Source: an uncultured Bacteroidales bacterium | Lineage (GTDB): Bacteria; Bacteroidota; Bacteroidia; Bacteroidales; UBA1715 | Assembly: GCA_937892155.1 (NCBI GenBank) | Contig: CALAUG010000045.1 | Span: 81 to 64,080 of the forward strand | Reading direction: 5' to 3' | Length of the DNA: 64,000 bases | Shown: in pieces, positions 20,438 through 29,349 of the stretch | Numbering within the stretch: position 1 is the stretch's first letter | How the letters are laid out: each line of letters starts with the position of its first letter | Translations under genes and position numbers: made by a program | Notes under the pieces: model-generated | The model's input: the letters and a program-made list of their open reading frames with translations, nothing else | Database searches by the model: none | Told to the model about the DNA's origin: nothing

Positions 20438-20466
20438 AATCATCATTGAATTTTTCAATGATGATT
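20438..20466. promoter_or_regulatory. 13-bp perfect inverted repeat (AATCATCATTGAA-TTT-TTCAATGATGATT) in a divergent promoter region
   Basis: Read directly from the sequence between ddh (-) and the kinase-like gene (+). Confidence 0.5.
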
Positions 20467-20578
20467 TTAAAAATCTCACGACTAGAAATGTTGAAATGCT
20501 CTATCGTTCAAAAAATTAATGAAACTCTCACGATAAAATTTTAAAAATTACTATATTTCACGAATAATTATTTGGAAT

Positions 20579-21418
20579 ATGAAGAAAATTGACCTTACCG
20601 AATGGGAAGAAACTGGCCGTGGTGCTTTTGGAACAACTTATTTTCATAAAACAAATCCTTCGTGGATGCTGAAATTTGTGGATTCCTCAACTCCCATAGA
20701 AGTAATTGAAGAAGAAATCCGTAATTCCCAAAACGTTTATAACCTTGGGGTATCAACCCCAAAACCAGGAGAATTGGTAACCGACGGGGTACGTACCGGT
20801 ATGGTCTTTGAACGCATTGTCGGCAAACGCTCTTACGCACGAGCTATTGGCGAAGAACCTCAACGAATACAGGAATTTGCAATCCGTTATGCTCAAATGG
20901 TAAAACAACTACACGCCACACCATGCGACACAACAAAATTCAAAAGCGTAAAAGAATATAACAGAACTGCCATTTCGGGGAATCCTTTCCGAAGCGACGA
21001 AATCAAGCAATTTGCACTTGAAAAATTAAAAAATTTACCTGACGCCACAACCTGTATTCACGGCGACCTGCATTTTGGCAATGTCATTTTAACAGAAGAT
21101 AAAAGTTATTTCATTGATTTAGGGAATTTCTGCTACGGACATCCGTTTTTTGACCTACCTATGCAATACTTGCCCTCCGAAGTGATGGATGATGTACGGT
21201 TCGAAGACACTTTCCACTGCACAAAAGAACAGGCACGATTGTTCTGGCAGGAATTTACAAAAGCGTATTTTGGACCCGACAAAAATCTGTCGCATTTAAC
21301 AAAAGAACTTGAGCCATACATTTTGTTCCGATTACTCACAATGGAAACACAGGTAGGCAGAAAACTTCCAAAAGGCGGAGAAGAAATGTTACAAACTATT
21401 CTTCAAGGAAAGTTCTAA
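20579..21418 (+). CDS. aminoglycoside-phosphotransferase-fold kinase-like protein
   Basis: Catalytic-loop motif CIHGDLHFGNVI followed by YFIDLGNF (the DxG equivalent). 279 aa. Confidence 0.75.
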   Translation: MKKIDLTEWEETGRGAFGTTYFHKTNPSWMLKFVDSSTPIEVIEEEIRNSQNVYNLGVSTPKPGELVTDGVRTGMVFERIVGKRSYARAIGEEPQRIQEFAIRYAQMVKQLHATPCDTTKFKSVKEYNRTAISGNPFRSDEIKQFALEKLKNLPDATTCIHGDLHFGNVILTEDKSYFIDLGNFCYGHPFFDLPMQYLPSEVMDDVRFEDTFHCTKEQARLFWQEFTKAYFGPDKNLSHLTKELEPYILFRLLTMETQVGRKLPKGGEEMLQTILQGKF

Positions 21419-21428
21419 AAAAGATTTA

Positions 21429-21457
21429 AGCAGAATTCTGAAATTCTGCTTTTTTTA
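21429..21457 (+). terminator. Rho-independent terminator
   Basis: AGCAGAATT-CTGA-AATTCTGCT stem-loop followed by a T-run. Confidence 0.65.
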
Positions 21458-21480
21458 TTATTTTGCACACAATCAACATA

Positions 21481-21669
21481 ATGAAAGAAAAAATGAAAAT
21501 AGGAGATTACGTTTTAATTTCTCCAGACCTAACGCAACAAAAGGACTGGATAAAAGGGAAAATCATTGAAGTAGAAAATAATTCCTTTGTAGGAATTGTT
21601 GTTTCAGCAGAAACATCTGACGGCAACGTGTTTTTTGGAGTAGAAAATTCTTTTAAACTAGCCAAATAA
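21481..21669 (+). CDS. small hypothetical protein (62 aa), upstream partner of the vapD remnant
   Basis: Intact ORF MKEKMKIGDYVLISPDLTQQKDWIKGKIIEVENNSFVGIVVSAETSDGNVFFGVENSFKLAK. Its stop lies 1 nt before the vapD-like ATG. Confidence 0.45.
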   Translation: MKEKMKIGDYVLISPDLTQQKDWIKGKIIEVENNSFVGIVVSAETSDGNVFFGVENSFKLAK

Positions 21670-21670
21670 T

Positions 21671-21952
21671 ATGTTTGCAATAAGTTTTGATATGTTAATC
21701 TCCGAATTGGAGAAATATTATGGTATGCCTTATAACTGAGCATATTACGACATTAAACAATTGCTTTAAAAAGATGGATTTGAATTGTTTCAGGGAAGCA
21801 CATATCTTACCCGAAACAATGATATTGCACATCTTGTGAAAGCAATAATGGATCTTTCAAAAGTTGATTGGTTCAAAAAATCAGTTCGTGATATACACGG
21901 CTATAGAGTTGAAGATTGGTCAGACTTTACGGATATTGTGAAAAAAAGCTAA
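21671..21952 (+). pseudogene. vapD: vapD-like (Cas2-fold endoribonuclease family) pseudogene with two in-frame stop codons
   Basis: Own translation in a single frame: [91 protein letters not shown]. It matches VapD hallmarks (M[YF]AI[AS]FD..., GF..QGS.Y, SVRDI..FR.E.WSDFT). Stops are TGA 21737-21739 and TAA 21767-21769. Absent from the ORF track. Confidence 0.8.
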
Positions 21953-21968
21953 TGATAAGAAGAACAAA

Positions 21969-21996
21969 ATGCCGAAAAGATTTTTTCGGCATTTTT
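21969..21996. terminator. bidirectional Rho-independent terminator
   Basis: 10-bp stem ATGCCGAAAA/TTTTCGGCAT flanked by A-run and T-run, between convergent genes. Confidence 0.6.
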
Positions 21997-24900
21997 AATC
22001 TTCATTCAAATTAATGATATAATCTGAATAAATTTTTTGGTATTGTGGTTTCAGTTTTACCGAATTTTCTTTCAAAACATCGTCGTATTGTAGCTTTTCC
22101 GATTCGGTTTGCTTGAACATTTTCTTAGCATTTTCAGAAGGTTTTTCAACCGCAGTTTTTGACTCGCGCTCCTTATCCTGATCGCGCTCTTTTTCGGCAT
22201 TTTCGGCTTCCAACATTCGCGTAAGAATTTGTTCCTGACGTTTCAACGTTTGTGGCGTAATATTCTGATTGATAATATCACGCTCCGTTTGATCCATAAG
22301 TTTTTGAATATCTTTTAGTTGCTGTACTCCTTCCGGTGAAAGTTCTCCGTCTTTCATCATTTTGTTGCCCAATTGTTTGAGCATTTGTTCTTTCATCAAC
22401 ATTTCGCTCAATTGTTTTTGTGTCTGTTGCGACGACGGCATTCCACCTTCCTTCATTTGCTGCATCATCTGCTGCATTTGCTCTTTGAGTGACTGCTGCA
22501 TTTGTTTCATTTGCTGGTACGACGGTTTTTGTCCTTTCCCGCTATTTTTTGGATTCTGGCATTGCTGCTGCCCATCCATCTGTTGAGCAGCCTGTTGCTG
22601 CATTGCATCCAGCACTTCCGATAAAAGTAACGACAAATTATTAGCCGACGTCATCATATACTGCTGGCTAATTTTTGCCTGGCTTCGTTGACGTTGCTCC
22701 AAATAATCAATCGCAGCTTTACCATTTTTATGTACGGACAAAATTTCTTCGTTTATTGGCTGCGAAATTTGTGGGACACGCAAACTCAACGCGTATAAAG
22801 AATCTTTTATAATCTTGAAATTCTCGTGTAGAATGTTTTGCTTCTCTGCAGTTTCGGCATACTTCGGATCGACGTACGATAACTTCCCGGTTTGAACCAT
22901 TAAATCTTCTTGTTCAAACGAGAATGTGAGCAAATTTTCCATAATCTGACGTAAGTTCGCCATATCTTCCATATTCTGTTGAGCCATTTGCTGTTGCATC
23001 ATTCCCTGCATACTTTCGGACAACTGCTGTGTTTGCTCCGAAGCCTTTTTCATTGACTTTGATGATTTTGACTGTTGTCCCTGCTGCTGTTCGGACTGAC
23101 TTTGCTGCATGGAATTTTTTATATCTTGGAATTGATTGCTAAAATCCTGTAAGTCAAACTTTTGTTGAAGTTCTTCGTTTTTCTGCTGGGCATCATTATA
23201 ATTCTTTTCTATCGACTCCAATTCTTTTTGTACATCATTCAGTTTTTGTTGAAGTTCGTCAGAGTTTTTTGAATTTTTCAATTCTTCGGAAAGTTGTTGC
23301 TGCTGTTCAGCCAATTCCTGCAAACGGTCAGACGTGTTTTGTACCGATTCCTCAACATCCATACGTTTCAACAATTCCAAGTCGCGGTCAAGTTGCTTTG
23401 AAAGTTCCTCCATCGACATTTTCATGTCTTCGGATTTCTTAATGAATTCATCTTTGTTGAAATTTTCCATCATTTGATTGAATTCATCCATCATCTTCTT
23501 CAACTCATCGTCCATCAACGTATTGAGCAATTCTTCTATTTCTTTTTGCTTATTGAGAATTTCCTCGTCTTGTTCCGACAACTTATTCTGCATATCATTC
23601 TTTTGCTCAAGCGATTGCGTCAGATTTTCAATCTGTTGCTTCATTTGTTCCTGTTTTTCCTGCATTTCTTCAAGAACTTGCTTACGTTCCCAGTCGGATA
23701 TATTTTCGTTGAGCAATTTCTGTTTCAATTTATCAAAATCACGCATCAATTCTTGGGCAATAGACGTAGATTGTTCAAACGAAGACTGAATTTCCTTTGA
23801 ATATTGTTCCTGCATTTTTTCCAACTCTTCCTGACTTGGAATCACAAAATCATACAACGCAGTACGGGCAGATTTCTTGCCGCTAACTTCGTCATTATCA
23901 AATACTTCAAAATAATAATTGATGGTTTCTCCTTTTGAAAATTGGGAAAAATCGAACATATAGAAAAACTGCTGATGCTGAATTGACGGCGAAAATTCCA
24001 TTGGAACACGCGTGGCATCGGCTTCTTTATCTTTTGGGAAATACACAAAATCAAGCGATGAAAATCCATAATCGTCTTGTATTTCGCCCTTGAAATAATA
24101 CGTGAAAAACTGCGAACTATCTTGTTTTTGCTCAACTTGAATAGATGGCCGCAAATCTGGAATGACAGTGAATGTGTAACCAATAATGTTTACCGAATCG
24201 AGAAACTCATTTTTGCCTATCAACGTATAAGAAGTTGTTTGCGTAATTCTTTGATTCAAAGTAAATTGAGAATCTTTTTTTGTAAACTGAATCGAATTTA
24301 CGTTTTCACTAACAAAAAACAACGAATCAATGTCGGCGCCGTCAACTTTCCACGAAAGAGTGGAACCTGCCGGAATTGTAATATCGCCGGTATTTGAGAC
24401 GGTTATATTTTCAAGTTGCGTGTATTTTGGAACGAATGCTTGAATTGTGAAATTCAGCAACTGAGGTAACGGAAACACCTGTAATTGATACAATTGCGAA
24501 GTGTATTCGTCAGCAGAAAACGAAAAATTCAGAGAATTGTTGCATCCACGGATAACGTATTCAAACGACGACGTTGTTTTTTTCGTCATTAAAAAACTAT
24601 TTCCTCCAATTGAAATATTTACACGTTCCGGCACAAATCGTCCTTCTACGTGCATTAAAATGGTAAAATCCGAACCTTTTATAACCGACAACGAATCATT
24701 GTCAAGAATAAACGTGAATGGAGCTGGTTTTTCAAAAAATTCATTGTGTTTCACAATACGCGTCGCGCCGTCAACTATTGCTTTTGGATAGAAAATAGCA
24801 AGACAAATTATAACTATAACCAGTGCCAAAGCATATTTCCAAAAACGAAGCAATTTCTTGAAATCAATAGCCGACGCAAACGGAATTGGCCGCAAATTCG

Positions 24901-25309
24901 CAACTTTTTGATTGATTGCCGCAATCGCTAACTGATTGTTTTCAAGTGATTTGTCGTTTGCCAGTTCCAATGTGTTGAGCAACGTATCCTGAATTTCAGG
25001 AAAAAACTTCGTGATGATTTTAGCCGCTTCAACGTGCGACAAAGTTTTTCCCAATTTCCAAAAGTGGAACAACGGAATCAGCACGTATTTCACAAAAGCA
25101 AAAAGTGCCACAACAAGCGAAGTATAGAAAACTATTGTGCGTACTTGCGACGGGAAAAAAGCAAAATATTCAGCACAGCTGATTGTTACAAAGTAAAAAA
25201 CAAAAATCAGCAGAAATACTATCAAACCTTTAAGACATTCGTTGAGATAGTATTTGCGTGTGAATTTGTCTAATTCATTGATTATAATATGGATATCGGA
25301 TTTCTCCAT
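21995..25309 (-). CDS. large membrane protein with Q/E/K/M-rich coiled-coil C-terminal half (DUF4175-like, tentative)
   Basis: 1104 aa with N-terminal TM helices, a central beta-rich region, then ~550 aa of low-complexity coiled coil (MQQQMAQQNMEDM, QMKQMQQSLKEQMQQMMQQMKEG). Confidence 0.7.
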   Translation of the reverse strand: MEKSDIHIIINELDKFTRKYYLNECLKGLIVFLLIFVFYFVTISCAEYFAFFPSQVRTIVFYTSLVVALFAFVKYVLIPLFHFWKLGKTLSHVEAAKIITKFFPEIQDTLLNTLELANDKSLENNQLAIAAINQKVANLRPIPFASAIDFKKLLRFWKYALALVIVIICLAIFYPKAIVDGATRIVKHNEFFEKPAPFTFILDNDSLSVIKGSDFTILMHVEGRFVPERVNISIGGNSFLMTKKTTSSFEYVIRGCNNSLNFSFSADEYTSQLYQLQVFPLPQLLNFTIQAFVPKYTQLENITVSNTGDITIPAGSTLSWKVDGADIDSLFFVSENVNSIQFTKKDSQFTLNQRITQTTSYTLIGKNEFLDSVNIIGYTFTVIPDLRPSIQVEQKQDSSQFFTYYFKGEIQDDYGFSSLDFVYFPKDKEADATRVPMEFSPSIQHQQFFYMFDFSQFSKGETINYYFEVFDNDEVSGKKSARTALYDFVIPSQEELEKMQEQYSKEIQSSFEQSTSIAQELMRDFDKLKQKLLNENISDWERKQVLEEMQEKQEQMKQQIENLTQSLEQKNDMQNKLSEQDEEILNKQKEIEELLNTLMDDELKKMMDEFNQMMENFNKDEFIKKSEDMKMSMEELSKQLDRDLELLKRMDVEESVQNTSDRLQELAEQQQQLSEELKNSKNSDELQQKLNDVQKELESIEKNYNDAQQKNEELQQKFDLQDFSNQFQDIKNSMQQSQSEQQQGQQSKSSKSMKKASEQTQQLSESMQGMMQQQMAQQNMEDMANLRQIMENLLTFSFEQEDLMVQTGKLSYVDPKYAETAEKQNILHENFKIIKDSLYALSLRVPQISQPINEEILSVHKNGKAAIDYLEQRQRSQAKISQQYMMTSANNLSLLLSEVLDAMQQQAAQQMDGQQQCQNPKNSGKGQKPSYQQMKQMQQSLKEQMQQMMQQMKEGGMPSSQQTQKQLSEMLMKEQMLKQLGNKMMKDGELSPEGVQQLKDIQKLMDQTERDIINQNITPQTLKRQEQILTRMLEAENAEKERDQDKERESKTAVEKPSENAKKMFKQTESEKLQYDDVLKENSVKLKPQYQKIYSDYIINLNED

Positions 25310-25317
25310 AGGCTTCT

Positions 25318-26556
25318 TTATTTAGAAAGCCACAATTCTGGATCCAATTTCTCCAACTCTTTCCAAATTTGAAGTTGCAGTACAGTGGAATTTGTTTCTG
25401 GATCGGTATAAATTGTTCCGATTTCGTCTTTTGCTTTGACTTGTTGTCCAGCTTTTACCGAAACAGTTACCAAGTTATCGTAAACAGTGTAGTAGTTTCC
25501 GTGTTTAATCAAAACGGCTGTGTTTCTACCAGGAATCAACACAATTTTTGAAACAGTTCCGTCAAAAATTGCACGCGCTTTTGCACCTTTTGTCGTCGCG
25601 ATTTCTATACCGTTACTTTCAACTTCAACGTATTCCAAAGTTGGATGTTTGTGGCGGCCGAAATGCTCTGTAATTTTTCCTGTTGCAGTTGGCCAAGGAA
25701 GACGACCTTTGTTTTCCGCAAAGTTTTTCGACACCAATTTTTCCTCAGGCGTCAGTGTTGAAACCGACGTAGTGGAAGCTTTTGCTGTTGCATTATTTTT
25801 TGCGGCGGCAGCTTTTTTCGCAGCCATTTCCGCTTTAATCAAATCTTCGATTTGTTTATCGAGTTTACGTGCAAGTGCCTGCTTTTCAGCAAGTTTTTTC
25901 TTCAATTCCTGCTGACGTGCATTTAATTTTTTTATCGTTGCGTCTTCCAAATATTTATCCTGTTCCAACTTGCGTGCCTCGGATTGTTTCTCACCAACAA
26001 GATTTTTCTTCATCGATAATAATCTTTCCAAGTCATATTTTCGAACCGAAAGACTGTCCTGCAAAGATTTTATACGTTCCGATTGTTGAATCATGTAATC
26101 GGAATAGTATTGCAAATATTTCATTCGATTATATGCCTGATTGAAATTATCGGCAGAAAGAATAAAAATTAACTGCTCATACTGCGAGTTGATTTTATAA
26201 ACAGTAAACAATGTTTGATTGTATTCTTTCTGCAACTCTTCCAACTGCGACGTGAGTGTGTGAATCTGCGCATTAGTTGCAAAAATATCCTGTTCAATAA
26301 AATCAATTTCCTGCGACAAAGAATTTACGTAGTTGTTCCGTTCTTGAATCTGCTGACTTAAAAGCGTCACACGTTCCATAGAAACGGACTTGCTTTTTTC
26401 GGTTTCCTTCAAAAGTTTACTAGTTCGTTCTATTTCTTTTTTTGCCTTTGCAGCCTCGGCCTGAACTTGTTTTACAGTTTTTTTGGGCTTTTGGCAATAC
26501 GCCTCAGTTGAGAAACATAAAACAGCAGCAAGTAATATGAACAACCATTTTTTCAT
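25318..26556 (-). CDS. EnvC-like murein hydrolase activator (coiled coil plus degenerate LytM/M23 domain)
   Basis: Signal peptide, ~250-aa coiled coil, and a C-terminal LytM-like domain (GIEIATTKGAKARAIFDGTVSKIV...IKHGNYYTVYDNL) that lacks the usual HxH metal ligands. Confidence 0.78.
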   Translation of the reverse strand: MKKWLFILLAAVLCFSTEAYCQKPKKTVKQVQAEAAKAKKEIERTSKLLKETEKSKSVSMERVTLLSQQIQERNNYVNSLSQEIDFIEQDIFATNAQIHTLTSQLEELQKEYNQTLFTVYKINSQYEQLIFILSADNFNQAYNRMKYLQYYSDYMIQQSERIKSLQDSLSVRKYDLERLLSMKKNLVGEKQSEARKLEQDKYLEDATIKKLNARQQELKKKLAEKQALARKLDKQIEDLIKAEMAAKKAAAAKNNATAKASTTSVSTLTPEEKLVSKNFAENKGRLPWPTATGKITEHFGRHKHPTLEYVEVESNGIEIATTKGAKARAIFDGTVSKIVLIPGRNTAVLIKHGNYYTVYDNLVTVSVKAGQQVKAKDEIGTIYTDPETNSTVLQLQIWKELEKLDPELWLSK

Positions 26557-26566
26557 TACTTCAGTG

Positions 26567-27400
26567 TCACTTTAATTTTGGTTCCATTTTTTGATAACTA
26601 CTGCTTGGATTGAATGGAAAATTCAGTTCCTCATCAAAACTAACTTTTGAATATTTCATATCGAAATGAAACTTACCGTTTGGCATTTTAGCCTTTAAAC
26701 TCATATTTGTTGGAAATGAAATATTTTGTAGTTCCTCAAAATCTGAATAGGTCAACTTTATTTTATTTTCAATAATTGTTCCTTCATCAACTATATCTAC
26801 TTCCGAAATTCTGAAATTGTCGTTCAATACCTGCCACGTTTGCAAAAACGACAAAGTGTCGTTTTTCTTGAATTCCTTTTTTGAATGAGTCTGGAACACA
26901 AATTTATTATCTTTCTTATTGATTTCAAATGATTTAAAAAGACTTACAGTGTCAACATTGTCTTGTTGGCAGAAAAATAGTTCATCAAGTAAAATTGATT
27001 GAATAGTTTTATAATCAATCGATAATCCTATTTCTTTTGAAATATCAGCAAGATTACCGGCATAGTATGTTTTTTGCAATTTTGAATAGAATTTCACGCT
27101 ATCCTGTGTAATTATGGCGCGAAAAACATCGATACTCATAGCCGAAACGCCAATCCAAACTATGCTGTCCTTTTTTATGCGAATGTTTCCTTTGATTTGC
27201 GGCAACGATTTAAAATCCTCTAAATCTATGCTAAATCCGAATTTAACTGTCTGATAATCACCGTAGTGTTTTACGATTGTATCGTACAATGCCGACATTT
27301 CAAGTTGTTTTATGTCTTTTTCGGTCACAACTTTTTTGGAAGAATGACACGATGTAAACAACATCAAAATCAGGGCAATATAAAGAGAAATCCTGCGCAT
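26567..27400 (-). CDS. lipoprotein, DUF4292/LolB-like (tentative)
   Basis: Lipobox MRRISLYIALILMLFTSC from ATG 27400. Size and position between the TPR protein and the EnvC-like gene fit the conserved Bacteroidota arrangement as I remember it. Confidence 0.55.
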   Translation of the reverse strand: MRRISLYIALILMLFTSCHSSKKVVTEKDIKQLEMSALYDTIVKHYGDYQTVKFGFSIDLEDFKSLPQIKGNIRIKKDSIVWIGVSAMSIDVFRAIITQDSVKFYSKLQKTYYAGNLADISKEIGLSIDYKTIQSILLDELFFCQQDNVDTVSLFKSFEINKKDNKFVFQTHSKKEFKKNDTLSFLQTWQVLNDNFRISEVDIVDEGTIIENKIKLTYSDFEELQNISFPTNMSLKAKMPNGKFHFDMKYSKVSFDEELNFPFNPSSSYQKMEPKLK

Positions 27401-27455
27401 AAATTTTTGCAAAATTATTGTTTTTTGGCGATAAATCATAAAAACTAATTACGCT

Positions 27456-27812
27456 TTATTTCAAACTATCGGAAAAGCGTTTGTATTCTTCGTTTCGTGG
27501 CGAAAGTTTTAACGCTTTTTTTATGTTTTCCCCAGCTTCACTTTTGTTATTTTTTTGCAACGAAAGTTTCGCAAGTTCGTAATACACCGCATCGCTTTGT
27601 TTCAACTTTAAACAGTCGAAATACAAAGTTGTGGCTTGTTCTACATTTCCACGATTTTTTTCGAGATTCGCCTGAACAAACAGTTTTTCAAATTCTATTG
27701 ATTTCTTGTCGTATTTCAAAGAATCATCAAAGTTTTTCAGTTTTTGAGAATAAGAACTCAACGAAATGCCTAATATCAAGAATATGAATATTTTACAATA
27801 TCTGAAAATCAT
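27456..27812 (-). CDS. small TPR-repeat protein with signal/TM anchor
   Basis: ATG at 27812 (the upstream extension uses TTG). Hydrophobic N-terminus, then TPR-like EQATTLYFDCLKLKQSDAVYYELAKLSL... Confidence 0.6.
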   Translation of the reverse strand: MIFRYCKIFIFLILGISLSSYSQKLKNFDDSLKYDKKSIEFEKLFVQANLEKNRGNVEQATTLYFDCLKLKQSDAVYYELAKLSLQKNNKSEAGENIKKALKLSPRNEEYKRFSDSLK

Positions 27813-27869
27813 ACAATTTTTATTACAATGCAAAAGTAATCAATTTTAATAAAACTCACATTTACAAAA

Positions 27870-27895
27870 AAAGCGAAACCATTGCTGATTTCGCT
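27870..27895 (-). terminator. terminator hairpin, copy A of an identical 26-nt repeat
   Basis: Minus strand reads AGCGAAA-TCAGCAATGG-TTTCGCT followed by TTTTTT. Identical to 29302-29327. Confidence 0.6.
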
Positions 27896-27941
27896 CTTAC
27901 ATATTTATGTATGCTCCTTTTTCGTGTATTATTAATCTTTA

Positions 27942-29258
27942 CTAAAATTCTTGTATTGCAGTCAAAACGCCGTTATCAAAATAAAGATATTTACCATAAT
28001 TGTAAACCCATTGTTCATGTTTTAAGTTTTTGACAATCATAGTATTAACATACAAAGGATTTCCCCATGCTTCTATACACATGTCTTTATTCATACCTAT
28101 GCTAACTTGTCCATTATTGATAAGGGTTCCTATTTTAACACCATATTTTGATAAAACGTATTTCTCATGTTTCAATTTATTTTCTTTCTCTATTCTTTCT
28201 CTTTCTTGTTCTTCTGCAATTCGTTGTTCTTCTGCTTTTTTCTTTTCAGCTTCTAAAAACAAATATTTACCTTCTTCCATGAAAAATTTTTCATTGTCAA
28301 AATACTCAAATTCTAATGTAATTTCGTGATTATCTTTTTTAAGAAAATAATAAGGATGAATGTAACGATATTCTTTAGAATTTACAAATGTAACGTCGCT
28401 ACAGGTCCATTTGTCGCCGACATGAATATCTATCAACTCTCCAGTATTTACGTCAATTTTTTGGGGGATATCTTTCATACAGATAAATGATTTATTAATT
28501 AGCTGTTGCTGTTTTTCGAAATAGGGAACTAAAAACATATAACTGAAAAATGCATCTCTGGAATCTAGATAATTAGATTCCGTATTCCAATATAAGGTAT
28601 CTCCAGTAGTATCATTTTTAAGTAATATGCGCAGCTTGTAATAGTTCTGATTTGTCTCAAAATTTTCACAAGAATAATATTTATCCCCTTTCTTGAATTC
28701 AAAATTCAGAATTGTAAAATAATGTCCGCTTATAGAATCTGGATTTGTGTAAAATTTTATATCTTCAGCATCAGCATAATAATATTTTCTGTTTTCAGTA
28801 GGATATATAGGATATAATATATCGGTCTCTGTGATGAATTTTTGTTCATACTCATCTACAAGTTTATGATATGATGCAAGTGCCGTTTTATTTAATTTTG
28901 TTGTGTCTGGGAAAAATTGTTTACAAAGCCATTTTGGATCTGCTTCATAATAAGATAAATGAGGAATAGTTACTACAGAAGATTCTCTTGCAGAAAAAAA
29001 AGATCCATCGGGATATTCATAATATTTTTCTCTTTCGTTTTTGTATACATATTTTTTTGAATGAGGTAAACAATAAAGTTGATAACCAATATACTTTTTG
29101 TAATCGCATATTTTTTCTTGTGCTTTTAAATTTGATAAGCTATCAAATTTTGCCGGTTTTCTAACCGCTGTCTCAACTATGTCTTCTCTAGTTGTAATTT
29201 GTGAATATATTGTTGTTACCAAACAACAACTAAATATTAAACATATAAATTTTTTCAT
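27942..29258 (-). CDS. secreted orphan protein (438 aa, Tyr/Lys/Asn-rich; C-terminal BamE/SmpA-like module suspected)
   Basis: Signal peptide MKKFICLIFSCCLVTTIYSQ, a charged helix KKKAEEQRIAEEQERERIEKENK, and a C-terminal GQVSIGMNKDMCIEAWGNPLY...EQWVYNYGKYLYFDNGVLTAIQ pattern. Confidence 0.65.
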   Translation of the reverse strand: MKKFICLIFSCCLVTTIYSQITTREDIVETAVRKPAKFDSLSNLKAQEKICDYKKYIGYQLYCLPHSKKYVYKNEREKYYEYPDGSFFSARESSVVTIPHLSYYEADPKWLCKQFFPDTTKLNKTALASYHKLVDEYEQKFITETDILYPIYPTENRKYYYADAEDIKFYTNPDSISGHYFTILNFEFKKGDKYYSCENFETNQNYYKLRILLKNDTTGDTLYWNTESNYLDSRDAFFSYMFLVPYFEKQQQLINKSFICMKDIPQKIDVNTGELIDIHVGDKWTCSDVTFVNSKEYRYIHPYYFLKKDNHEITLEFEYFDNEKFFMEEGKYLFLEAEKKKAEEQRIAEEQERERIEKENKLKHEKYVLSKYGVKIGTLINNGQVSIGMNKDMCIEAWGNPLYVNTMIVKNLKHEQWVYNYGKYLYFDNGVLTAIQEF

Positions 29259-29301
29259 TTTTGTTGTAGAATTTAAATAAATAGAATTGTAAACGTATTT
29301 T

Positions 29302-29327
29302 AAAGCGAAACCATTGCTGATTTCGCT
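29302..29327 (-). terminator. terminator hairpin, copy B of the identical 26-nt repeat
   Basis: AAAGCGAAACCATTGCTGATTTCGCT is identical to 27870-27895. Lies downstream of the 190-aa gene. Confidence 0.55.
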
Positions 29328-29349
29328 TTCGGAAAATTTATAGCCATCA

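Noticed and set aside
21671-21952. Stop-codon reassignment or programmed readthrough to explain the in-frame TGA and TAA in vapD
   Set aside because: Both TGA and TAA terminate many well-supported genes in this window at the positions expected from homology (for example dut, mnmG and groES). The standard code therefore applies, and pseudogenisation is the simpler explanation.
22362-23800. Plus-strand ORFs inside the 1104-aa gene (22362-22586, 23474-23800, 23478-23789)
   Set aside because: They are low-complexity antisense artefacts of the Q/E/K-rich coiled-coil region (Cys/Phe/Leu-rich translations) and lie fully within a much longer, better-supported ORF.
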